From the NCBI GenBank assembly GCA_002323895.1, contig DCQM01000148.1, forward strand, positions 5,058 through 69,057: 64,000 nt of DNA. Direction: 5' to 3'. Under the pieces are notes generated by a model. That model was not told the DNA's origin, searched no databases, and saw only the letters and a program-made list of their open reading frames with translations. This DNA is from Akkermansiaceae bacterium UBA1518. Its GTDB lineage: Bacteria > Verrucomicrobiota > Verrucomicrobiia > Verrucomicrobiales > Akkermansiaceae. Of the stretch, positions 19,501 through 27,473 are shown in pieces. A program made the position numbers and the translations under genes. The first letter of the stretch is position 1; the number at the start of each line of letters is the position of its first letter.

Positions 19501-20508
19501 TCCGGTATCGCTCCGGCAGGCGGTGACGGTGGCAGCAACATCGTTCCATTAACAGGTGGTGCTAAGGTGTGTGCACGGGCCTTTGAAAATGGAGAATGGT
19601 CAGCGCTTACAAGAGGCGATTTTCTCGTTGCGCCAATTGCTAACACTTCAAACATCGTGATTTCAGAAATCATGTATAATCCACTTGGGACATCGGAGGA
19701 CGGAGAATGGATTGAGCTCATGAATATCTCAGCCGCGACCGCCGACCTTTCTAATCTCACCTTTGCGGGCATTGACTACACTTTCCCTCTTGGGTTCACG
19801 CTCGCTCCCGATGCTCGGGTGGTTGTCGTCAAGAACCAGAACGAATTTGCATCACTCTACAACACTGCGGGAATCAACATAGCCCCCGGCGATTTTTCAA
19901 CCTCTAGCCTAAGCAATTCCGGAGAGCAAATTGCTCTGATCGACGCTATCGGAACCGATGCCCGTAGATTTAAATACAACGACAAGGATCCTTGGCCGAC
20001 TTCACCCGACGGCGACGGTTACTCAATCGTCCTAATTTCGCCGAAAACTATCCCCGATCATTCCTTACCGAACAATTGGAGAGCTAGTAGGCGTCCGGGA
20101 GGAAATCCAGGAAAGGGGGACAACGCCACCTTTACTGGTGATCCAAACGCCGATAATGACGGAGATGGGCTCACTGCACTTCTTGAATACGCCCTCGGTT
20201 CTATTCAAGGCGATGCGGGTTTCAGTCCAGAAGCTATCCCAAGCTCTGGCATCGACCTCTTCGACGATGGCACAGGGAACTTCAAAGAATATCTCACCTT
20301 AACTTACCGTCGAAACCTCGCCGCCGATGGCATTCTCTTCGAAGTCGAAGTTAGTTCGAATCTTGTGAGCTGGGACCCGCTCAGAACGACCGCGGTCTCT
20401 GCCATTTCCAATGAGGACGGAACCGAAACGGTGACTTGGCGAAGCCTCACTCCGATTGAAGACCAAGAGCGCAATTTTATACGTCTAAAGGTCGCTCAAA
20501 GACCGTAA
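16564..20508 (+). CDS. secreted multidomain CotH kinase-family protein with two lamin-tail domains
   Basis: 1314 aa. Modules in order:
- signal peptide
- LTD 1 (VVINEFMASNDGG...DWIEIFNNSPSPLDLGGWHLTD)
- TIYFTTDGTRP...TLKASA chitobiase-C/Fn3-associated-like module
- CotH-like core (ITLRAGYNNSW, RDQWMRESMLDMG, VFVNGLYWGVHNLCERP)
- second IYYTTDGDDP module
- beta-sandwich module (YFRKSFTV...DDGAIVYLNGKEIGRSNM...NVLAVEVHQNSSSSSD)
- LTD 2 (VISEIMYNP...EWIELMN)
- DPNADNDGDGLTALLEYALG tail. Confidence 0.8.
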   Translation: MKNTTRFWSFAVPSVLALFQAQSAILDEEITLKIGEVVINEFMASNDGGQTSNPNDWYPITNQINGTTHDWIEIFNNSPSPLDLGGWHLTDEPSALGKWTFPSPTNIPAGGFLIVYASGSGVPDANGNFNTNFKLSSGGEYLALVNSSGTIESEFCPDNTNYPKQDEDVSYGLDPTNGAPVYFSSPSPGFANNTSGIAKVLDTNFSPDRGYYDQAINVTITSDTPGATIYFTTDGTRPINQTGDPTANASIYSGPIPVSKTTTLKASATKSGFTPTNIDCQTYLLFDIENARPDGTDPAGLNTAFLEQNQPPGWGNLSSGDYRMDTRVSKSTSLATGHQDTIAQTMLKGLRDIPTISIAMDRADFSGRSGIYTNSTNGGLEYECSAEYIPSSTDPRNDWQINCGIKVQGGASRNPDASPKHSMNFRFRTQYGSGRLREKLFPNSEIEEFNSITLRAGYNNSWIHRDSGQRSRGSMIRDQWMRESMLDMGNPAAGHGFMVHVFVNGLYWGVHNLCERPEASHYAAYNGGDDSLLDARNGSSIVDGSATAWNTIPSVVSNGNWDRIQQVIDIDHYIDYQIINRYGGNSDLKAGGNWRAAGGGPFTTGRPEQMAPWQLYSWDGERSLESPSLNNSPRDPMGVRSQLEALSEYRIRFADRLKKHFGSGGALTAEATAARWMKFADNLDRAIIAESARWGDHRGRLYTRDNQWLTEQNRLINSYFPARSNIVQANYGSLVPSVNAPDFLVSDSFQSEGIIPVGGSLKITSTTGTIYYTTDGDDPRLPGGGINPDSTSIGGGNNQTDFIQLQENGWKFLDTGTAQSDSEIVVGNANYDSSDWKHPFFNDTSWVTGRALLGYGTINGRTINTDLNFQTPRLPTIYFRKSFTVTDADSFTQLNLNFVRDDGAIVYLNGKEIGRSNMSGGNQRYEDYAISATSNEGGLVNLGTLTLAAGDLLEGTNVLAVEVHQNSSSSSDTGLDVQLSGIAPAGGDGGSNIVPLTGGAKVCARAFENGEWSALTRGDFLVAPIANTSNIVISEIMYNPLGTSEDGEWIELMNISAATADLSNLTFAGIDYTFPLGFTLAPDARVVVVKNQNEFASLYNTAGINIAPGDFSTSSLSNSGEQIALIDAIGTDARRFKYNDKDPWPTSPDGDGYSIVLISPKTIPDHSLPNNWRASRRPGGNPGKGDNATFTGDPNADNDGDGLTALLEYALGSIQGDAGFSPEAIPSSGIDLFDDGTGNFKEYLTLTYRRNLAADGILFEVEVSSNLVSWDPLRTTAVSAISNEDGTETVTWRSLTPIEDQERNFIRLKVAQRP

Positions 20509-20650
20509 TATCGGTAGTAATATTATTAAAAATAGAGCCTAACCCATGGCTCTTCGACGTTAAGGAGGATTGAAAATAATAGCCAAGTCTCTCACAACAG
20601 AGCAGGATCTTGGTTATCCCTAGAACATTCTTCATTTCCCGAAGCAAACT

Positions 20651-22018
20651 ATGAAAATCTTTATTATCGTTTCTCTTCTAATCACCCACGCAACCGCGCG
20701 TAAACCCAATATCATCCTCATCTACATGGATGATATGGGCTACGGCGACATCGGCTGCTTCGGCTCTACCAAAAACCGCACGCCCGTCCTCGACCAAATG
20801 GCTAGGGAAGGCAGGCGTTTCACTGACTTCTATGTCACCAGCGGAGTCTGTACCCCTTCCCGATCCAGCTTACTCACCGGCTGTTATCCCCGCCGCCTAA
20901 ACATGCACATTGATCAAAACAATAAGTGGGTCCTCTTCCCAAATGCCCGTAAGGGCCTAAACCCCAAGGAAACAACGGTAGCCGAACTTCTTAAGAAACA
21001 AGGCTATGCCACCACTTGCATCGGTAAATGGCATCTCGGCGATCAACCCGAATTCCTCCCCACTAATCACGGCTTTGATTCCTACTTTGGCATCCCCTAC
21101 TCCAACGACATGGGACGCAAAAATATTCCTCTCCCGCTTCTTCGTGATGACAAAGTCATTGAAGCCCCTGTCGCCCAATCTCCCGTGACCCGACGTTATA
21201 CCGACGAAGCTGTTAAATTCATCAAGGCCAATCGCGAAAAACCCTTCTTCCTCTACCTCCCGCACACCTCCGTTCACCTCCCTCTCTTTCCAGGCGAAGA
21301 TTTCAAAGGGAAATCTGCCAACGGAAAGTATGGGGACTGGATCGAGGAGGTTGACGCCTGCACTGGCGTCATCCTACAAACTCTTAAGGACGAAAAAATC
21401 GACCAAAACACCCTCGTCATCTTCACCTCCGATAACGGCTCCAATGGCGGAAGAGGAGGTAGCAACGCTCCTCTAAAAGGCGCGAAAGGATCTACTCATG
21501 AAGGTGGCATGCGTGTTGCCTGCGTGATGCGCTGGCCCGAAAAGATCCCCGCCAACTCCACTTGTTCGGAAGTTGCCTCCACTCTAGACATCCTCCCTAC
21601 CTTCGCCGCTCTAGCCGGAACAACTCCTTCACCGGATCGAAAAATCGATGGACACAACATCAGCGATCTCATTCTTGGGACGCCCGGAGCCAAATCCCCT
21701 CACAAGGCTTTCTATTATTACCACACCACTCAGCTCCAGGCGGTTCGCAGCGGAAAGTGGAAACTCGTCCTTCCCCAGGACCAAAAGTTCGAGGGTTGGA
21801 GTGGGAAAAAGAAAGACACTCCTATCCAGCTCTACGACCTTTCCCTCGACTCCGGAGAGAAAAACAACCTTGCCACGAAATACCCTCATGTGCTGGAACA
21901 GCTCTCAGGGTTAGCCGAAGATGCCCGGGGGGATTTGGGAGATGGAGACAATGTAGGAAAAGGCCAGCGCAAGGCGGGCTGGGTTGAAGAGTCCAAGCCG
22001 CTCCTCCTCCAAAATTAA
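20651..22018 (+). CDS. arylsulfatase (Cys-type, S1 family)
   Basis: Signal peptide, PNIILIYMDDMGYGD, formylglycine motif SGVCTPSRSSLLTGCYPRR, GKWHLG, FTSDNG. Confidence 0.9.
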   Translation: MKIFIIVSLLITHATARKPNIILIYMDDMGYGDIGCFGSTKNRTPVLDQMAREGRRFTDFYVTSGVCTPSRSSLLTGCYPRRLNMHIDQNNKWVLFPNARKGLNPKETTVAELLKKQGYATTCIGKWHLGDQPEFLPTNHGFDSYFGIPYSNDMGRKNIPLPLLRDDKVIEAPVAQSPVTRRYTDEAVKFIKANREKPFFLYLPHTSVHLPLFPGEDFKGKSANGKYGDWIEEVDACTGVILQTLKDEKIDQNTLVIFTSDNGSNGGRGGSNAPLKGAKGSTHEGGMRVACVMRWPEKIPANSTCSEVASTLDILPTFAALAGTTPSPDRKIDGHNISDLILGTPGAKSPHKAFYYYHTTQLQAVRSGKWKLVLPQDQKFEGWSGKKKDTPIQLYDLSLDSGEKNNLATKYPHVLEQLSGLAEDARGDLGDGDNVGKGQRKAGWVEESKPLLLQN

Positions 22019-22029
22019 ATTGTGTTCCC

Positions 22030-23214
22030 ATGAAAACGGCGCTCCTCCTTGTGTCTCTCCAGTTGGTTGGCCACGGATCAGAGCCGTGGGTGCGCCACAC
22101 TATTGATAGCAGCTCAGAGGGAGCGGATGGTATCCGACTGGCTGACATTAACAGGGACGACCTCATGGACATCACCACCGGTTGGGAAGAGGGAGGAGTC
22201 GTTCGTGCCTATCTCCACCCCGGATACAACAAAACGAAACAAGAATGGCCCGCCGTTACCGTGGGCAGAGTCCAATCGGCCGAAGACGCGGTATTCGCAG
22301 ATTTGGATAGCGACGGGAACATCGACGTGGTGAGTTCCTGTGAAGGGAAAACCAAAAGCATGTTCGTTCACTGGGCTCCGAAATCCTCTGATGCTATTCT
22401 CGATTCATCAAAATGGAAAACCGAAGCCATTCCTATCACCACCGGAAAACAATCGTGGATGTATGCTCTCCCTAGGTCAATCGACGGGAAGAATGGCATC
22501 GATCTTGTTGTAAGCTCAAAAGGTAAGAATGGTAGCGTAGGCTGGCTTGAGATCCCGAAAGACGCTCGGAATGTTTCCTCGTGGAAGTATCACAAACTTC
22601 AGGATGCTGGCTGGATCATGTCCCTCATCTCTATCGACATGAACAAGGATGGCCACAAGGACATCCTCATCAGTGACCGACGTGGTCCAAAACGCGGTGT
22701 TTTTTGGCTGGAGTATCCTGGACCCAAAGCTGCGATTGATCCTTCACAATGGAAGCGTCATGAAATTGGCGGAAACGATCGCGAAATCAAATTCATCTCA
22801 CAAGGTGACCTCGATAAGGACGGTCGCCTCGATGTCATCGCAATTGATACAACCTCTATCATTTGGTTTCGCTCCAACGAATCTAAGTGGGAGGAACATG
22901 TCATCCCACTTCCAGATGGAGTCGGGGGAGGCAAAAGCGCGGTGAGTTTCGACGTAAATCACGATGGTCAAAACGATCTCGTCTTCAGCTGCGAAAGTGC
23001 CAAGGCACCATTATCAGGAACCAGATGGCTTTCTTATAAAGACACCCCCTTTGACCCAGTCTGGCAAAGCCACGAAATCGCTGGAAAGGCGGGCATCAAG
23101 TATGACCGTATCGTCCCCTCCGACGTCGATGGCGATGGAGATCTCGACATTCTCTGCTGCGAAGAACGGGACCAACTCGGCGTCTTTTGGTACGAAAACC
23201 CTTTCGGCCAATAG
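22030..23214 (+). CDS. FG-GAP/VCBS repeat beta-propeller protein
   Basis: 394 aa with a signal peptide. Repeated Ca-binding-like D-x-D-x-D-G loops at regular spacing: ADINRDDLMDI, DLDSDGNIDVV, DMNKDGHKDIL, DLDKDGRLDVI, DVNHDGQNDLV, DVDGDGDLDIL. Confidence 0.75.
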   Translation: MKTALLLVSLQLVGHGSEPWVRHTIDSSSEGADGIRLADINRDDLMDITTGWEEGGVVRAYLHPGYNKTKQEWPAVTVGRVQSAEDAVFADLDSDGNIDVVSSCEGKTKSMFVHWAPKSSDAILDSSKWKTEAIPITTGKQSWMYALPRSIDGKNGIDLVVSSKGKNGSVGWLEIPKDARNVSSWKYHKLQDAGWIMSLISIDMNKDGHKDILISDRRGPKRGVFWLEYPGPKAAIDPSQWKRHEIGGNDREIKFISQGDLDKDGRLDVIAIDTTSIIWFRSNESKWEEHVIPLPDGVGGGKSAVSFDVNHDGQNDLVFSCESAKAPLSGTRWLSYKDTPFDPVWQSHEIAGKAGIKYDRIVPSDVDGDGDLDILCCEERDQLGVFWYENPFGQ

Positions 23215-23215
23215 A

Positions 23216-24787
23216 TCATTTCACCTTTGGAATTCCCACCATCCCTATCGGCTCTCTTCCTAATGGAGCGCTACGGCCGCTCTCCTTGAGCCTTTTGAGA
23301 AGCTTCTGCATTTCCAGACGTATTGTTTCCTCCTTGAAGTAAAGATTGGCGGTTTCGCCGGGATCTGTTGTCAGATTGTAGAGTTGCCCTGGGGCTTTGG
23401 GTTCATTTTCGTTCAGTGAATACTTCTTTAAGTTGCCCTTTTCGTATCCATTCCCTCCCGACCCTTTGTGATCGAGATACTTCCAGTTTCCCTTTCGAAT
23501 CTGAAACTCCCCCCGAAAACTCTGTGTGAGGAGATGGGGCCTCACTGGATTTTTCTCACCCTGTCTTCCGATCATCACTGGCAGCATATCAAAACTATCG
23601 GTCGCGGCATCATCAGGAAGTTTATAGCCAACTAGCGAGGCAATCGTTGCCATAATGTCAGTAGTATTGGTCATCTGCTTTGAAACCTGTCCTTTCGGAA
23701 TACGACCCGGCCATCGGGCGATAAAAGGAACACGGTGCCCCCCTTCCCAACCATCGCGCTTCATACCCCGCCAGCCTCCGGAGGCGTCGTGATCATGATC
23801 CTGCCTCATCCAGTCAACGTGAACTGTCTCTGCCCCATTGTCGGCATTGAACAACACAAGTGTTTCATCATCAATTCTCAGTTCTTTGAGGAGGTCCATA
23901 ACTCGGCCGGTCAGCGCATCTAATTCAAAAACAAAATCACCCCGCGGACCACCCTTCGTTGCTCCTCTGAATTCCTTCGCAGGCAAAACTGGGGCATGGG
24001 CAATCTGAGTGGAAAAAACCGTAAAGAACGGCTTCTCTGGAGTCTCTTTCCGATGCTTCATGATAAAGTTTTTTGTCTTCTCATAGAAAAGAAGATCCGC
24101 ATTCACGAACTCATACCCTGGAGCCACCCACCCGGCATCATTATCCCAACGCCACTTCCCGCCGGGGTTAGGCGTGTTCGCGGGATTGTATCGCTGATTC
24201 GCCGGAACCGGCACCATTCCATTTTCAATGTAACAATAGAGCGGATCGGTCGTCGGACAGTTCGGCGTCACAAACGATTCATCAAATCCCCTTTCATTCG
24301 GGCCATCAATTAAAGGGGTGCTCTTTTCATAGTCGATCAGAAGAGAATTCTTAAAACCTCCTCCCAAGCGTTTCCCTTCCTTGTCCAACCAGGTTAGCCC
24401 AACATGCCATTTCCCAAAAACCCCCGTCCGATACCCTTTTTCCTGGAGCATCCCGCCCAGCGTCAAAGTTCCTGGCCTGAGATAGCTTGGACCTCCCGGT
24501 CCCTCAAAGGCTCCGCCCCCTCGTCCCGTGGAGCGATAGATCTGCTGTCCCGAAAACAAGCCATATCGCGATGGCGAGCAAATTGTCGAGGGGCTGTGCG
24601 CATCCGTAAACCGAATCCCCTCCGCCGCCATCTTGTCCAGACGCGGTGTCTTGTAAGCCGCCTTTGGATTGTAACAAGACAAGTCCCCAAATCCCAGATC
24701 ATCGGTATAAATAATAACGATGTTTGGCAGCTTCGCCGAAGCCGCCCCAATCAATGAAATTGCCGCAAAGGCCAGAGATCGAATCAT
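23216..24787 (-). CDS. arylsulfatase (Cys-type, S1 family)
   Basis: Signal peptide, PNIVIIYTDDLGFGD, formylglycine motif STICSPSRYGLFSG, GKWHVG, FNADNG. The ATG overlaps the stop of the upstream gene (ATGA). Confidence 0.9.
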   Translation of the reverse strand: MIRSLAFAAISLIGAASAKLPNIVIIYTDDLGFGDLSCYNPKAAYKTPRLDKMAAEGIRFTDAHSPSTICSPSRYGLFSGQQIYRSTGRGGGAFEGPGGPSYLRPGTLTLGGMLQEKGYRTGVFGKWHVGLTWLDKEGKRLGGGFKNSLLIDYEKSTPLIDGPNERGFDESFVTPNCPTTDPLYCYIENGMVPVPANQRYNPANTPNPGGKWRWDNDAGWVAPGYEFVNADLLFYEKTKNFIMKHRKETPEKPFFTVFSTQIAHAPVLPAKEFRGATKGGPRGDFVFELDALTGRVMDLLKELRIDDETLVLFNADNGAETVHVDWMRQDHDHDASGGWRGMKRDGWEGGHRVPFIARWPGRIPKGQVSKQMTNTTDIMATIASLVGYKLPDDAATDSFDMLPVMIGRQGEKNPVRPHLLTQSFRGEFQIRKGNWKYLDHKGSGGNGYEKGNLKKYSLNENEPKAPGQLYNLTTDPGETANLYFKEETIRLEMQKLLKRLKESGRSAPLGREPIGMVGIPKVK

Positions 24788-26079
24788 CGTTCCACCTCCC
24801 CTCTCCCTAAATCGATGAGGCGCGAGAACAAGTGCTCTCCACCCACCCTGAGCCCACAGTGCTCATACTCGCTGGTGTAAAAGGCCTTCATCTTTGGCAC
24901 GGCATCGACCGTCTCCCGAGAGAACTTCATATTCACAAACATATCATCTGCATACACCGCACAAGCCACCGGAACGGTATTTCGACTCAAAACTTCTAAA
25001 TCATAAAGCGGAGGCCAATCTGACTTTCCAGCCAGAATATTTGCAGCCTCTTTCATACCCCGCAGTTCTGAAATCTCATCGAACATCCACGGGAAAATCA
25101 TCTCACCATAAAACAGAAATTCATCGTAATCGTCAAAGTGAGGATACTTTTCCTTCTGCACCGCATCGCATGCCCAGCCGCTTGCAGCTCCCTGTGCATA
25201 AATTGCCTCGTGCAAAATCGCGAAGATCGGATTGGTGTCGAATGGCACCGTCGCTTGCAAGCCCACTTTGAATGCCTGGCTGATGATCTCCTGATCACCC
25301 GCCTTCACAAAGGCTCCTTCGAGCAGGAAGTGAATCTCCTCCGCCGTGTAAGCAAACCCAAATTTAATCCCGAGAGTCTGCACCATGCGCGGTGTGATTC
25401 GATCGCCATTTGGAAAGAAGACCTCGTTCTCCTCAAGATGCCTCGCTAGCTTCGTTAGCCGCGCCTTATCCATTGGGAACTTCTCAAAATACTTCCGGTT
25501 CCTCTCTTCCACAAAAGGAAAAGTTCCTTCGTAAATCTCCCGCGCCGTCCGCTCGAGCCCGGGGACTCCACCAAAGATGAAGCACTCTTTCAAGCCTTCC
25601 GGATGAAGACTTAGATAGGTCATTGTACACCACCCTCCGAAGCTTTGGCCAATTGTTGACCAAGGTATTTCCGGACTCATGTGAGAGCGGATCAACTCGG
25701 CATCCCTTACAATGTTATCTTGCCGGAAATGTGTCAGATATTCCGCCTGTGCAGCAGCATCACCTTCAAGGCCCAAAGTCTGGTAATCCACCGGAGTGCT
25801 CAGACCATTTCCCCGCGTATCATACATCAGCACACGGTACTCGGTGAGAGCACGCTTCAACCAACCCGTCTTCTGAATCGGACTAGGAGCCCTAAATCCT
25901 GGGCCACCTTGCAGAAAAACAAGGAAAGGCTTCTCCAAGCTCTTTGGATCGAGATCACGAACTTCGCGAACAAAGAGACCGATCTGCCTTCCTCCAGGAT
26001 TGCGATAATCAAGAGGAGCTTCAAAAGAATGGTCAATCAGCTCAAGGCCGGGAATCCGATAAGGGTCTGAGGAATTCAT
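24784..26079 (-). CDS. alpha/beta hydrolase, S33 prolyl aminopeptidase-like, no signal peptide
   Basis: FLQGGPGF oxyanion region and nucleophile elbow GQSFGGW. The ATG at 26079 (MNSSDPYRIPG...) overlaps the upstream sulfatase TAA by 1 nt; the longer ORF-track start (26136) would overlap that gene. Confidence 0.75.
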   Translation of the reverse strand: MNSSDPYRIPGLELIDHSFEAPLDYRNPGGRQIGLFVREVRDLDPKSLEKPFLVFLQGGPGFRAPSPIQKTGWLKRALTEYRVLMYDTRGNGLSTPVDYQTLGLEGDAAAQAEYLTHFRQDNIVRDAELIRSHMSPEIPWSTIGQSFGGWCTMTYLSLHPEGLKECFIFGGVPGLERTAREIYEGTFPFVEERNRKYFEKFPMDKARLTKLARHLEENEVFFPNGDRITPRMVQTLGIKFGFAYTAEEIHFLLEGAFVKAGDQEIISQAFKVGLQATVPFDTNPIFAILHEAIYAQGAASGWACDAVQKEKYPHFDDYDEFLFYGEMIFPWMFDEISELRGMKEAANILAGKSDWPPLYDLEVLSRNTVPVACAVYADDMFVNMKFSRETVDAVPKMKAFYTSEYEHCGLRVGGEHLFSRLIDLGRGEVER

Positions 26080-27461
26080 TAGTTTGATTTTTTGGCTGGA
26101 ACAAAAGGCATCTTTGCACCGGACTCCTTGAGCCATTGCGTCAATTCTGCTTTTAAGTCGGCCGCTAACTTCTGCTTCGACTTGGTTAGATTCTTCTTTT
26201 CACCCTGATCCGCAACGACGTCGTAAAGCTCGATGGTATCATCATCGTAAAAATGGATGAGTTTGTAGTTCCCGCGTCGCACCACTCCCCCCAAACGATT
26301 CCTCTTGTGGAAGGCATAGTTGGGATAGTGGAAGAAAAGAGACTTCCTCTCCAGCCCCGCATTCCCTTTCAACATCGGAACCAAACTTACTCCATCAAGC
26401 GGAGTTCCCGCCTTTGGTTTCAATCCCGCTACCTCGAGCAAGGTCGGGAAGGTATCCGTCGTGATGATGGGCGTATTGGAACTCGAACCCGCCTTTACCT
26501 TTCCCGGCCAACGAATTGCCCACGGCACTCTGATTCCGCCCTCATAAAGATGCCCCTTGTTTGCCCTTAAAGGCCCATTTCCAAATAAAGAGCCATTATC
26601 AGATGTGAAAATCACAATCGTATCTTCCGCCAAACCCATGTCATCGAGCGCTTTCAACACCCGCCCAATCGAACGATCCATCCCCTCGATCATCGCTGCG
26701 TAAGGCGCATTTTCCACCGGGCGCTTTTTGTATTTTTCTATAAGATCCTCCGGTGCCTCGATCGGGTAGTGAACCGAATAATTCCAAAACGTCAGGAAGA
26801 ACGGCCCATTCTTTTTCTTTTTAATAAAGTCGATACATTCCGTCGCCAATCGATCAGGGAGATATTCCCCTTTCGGCCCTTCTTTTAAAGTCGGAATCCT
26901 GTAGGGCGCAAAATACGTCGGGGGCCCTCCCCGGTCGTAGCCGCCGATATTAAGATCAAAGCCCTGCGACTTTGGACGTAATCCGAGTTCGTATTTCTCA
27001 CCCGCTTTGTTCTCCCCTTTGCGGTGGGACAAGTGCCACTTCCCCACAAAGCCCGTCGCATATCCAACCTCGTTTTTCAAGCGCTCCGCCAAAGTCTCCG
27101 CTTCTAACGAAAGATAAGTCAATTTTTCCGCTCCAGCCTGTGTCCGACCCTCCGGAACCATGCCATCTTTAAATCCTGGTGCATGATTCGTGATTGCCAG
27201 TCTTGCTGGAGACATTCCGGTCATCATCGCTGCACGAGTTGGCGTACACACCGGAGCTGCCGCATAGCCGTGTGGAAAAACCATTCCCTGTTTCACGAAG
27301 CGATCGAGGTTTGGGGTATCCAAGTGCTCGTTCCCGTTAAAATGAACATCATACCACCCCAAGTCATCCGCCATAATTAAAAGGATGTTAGGTGGCTTCT
27401 CCGCTTTTAAAATAAGCGTAGTGCACAGCAGGCTTAATAAGATCAGTTTTAATTTCATCAT
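26079..27461 (-). CDS. sulfatase (Cys-type, S1 family)
   Basis: Signal peptide, PNILLIMADDLGWYD, formylglycine motif APVCTPTRAAMMTG, GKWHLS, FTSDNG. Confidence 0.9.
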   Translation of the reverse strand: MMKLKLILLSLLCTTLILKAEKPPNILLIMADDLGWYDVHFNGNEHLDTPNLDRFVKQGMVFPHGYAAAPVCTPTRAAMMTGMSPARLAITNHAPGFKDGMVPEGRTQAGAEKLTYLSLEAETLAERLKNEVGYATGFVGKWHLSHRKGENKAGEKYELGLRPKSQGFDLNIGGYDRGGPPTYFAPYRIPTLKEGPKGEYLPDRLATECIDFIKKKKNGPFFLTFWNYSVHYPIEAPEDLIEKYKKRPVENAPYAAMIEGMDRSIGRVLKALDDMGLAEDTIVIFTSDNGSLFGNGPLRANKGHLYEGGIRVPWAIRWPGKVKAGSSSNTPIITTDTFPTLLEVAGLKPKAGTPLDGVSLVPMLKGNAGLERKSLFFHYPNYAFHKRNRLGGVVRRGNYKLIHFYDDDTIELYDVVADQGEKKNLTKSKQKLAADLKAELTQWLKESGAKMPFVPAKKSN

Positions 27462-27473
27462 CTCAAGCTCTCG

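Noticed and set aside
20354-20362. GTTCGAATC, a tRNA T-loop-like string
   Set aside because: It is inside the CotH/LTD coding frame with no acceptor or anticodon stems around it. I found no tRNA-like cloverleaf anywhere in the spacers.
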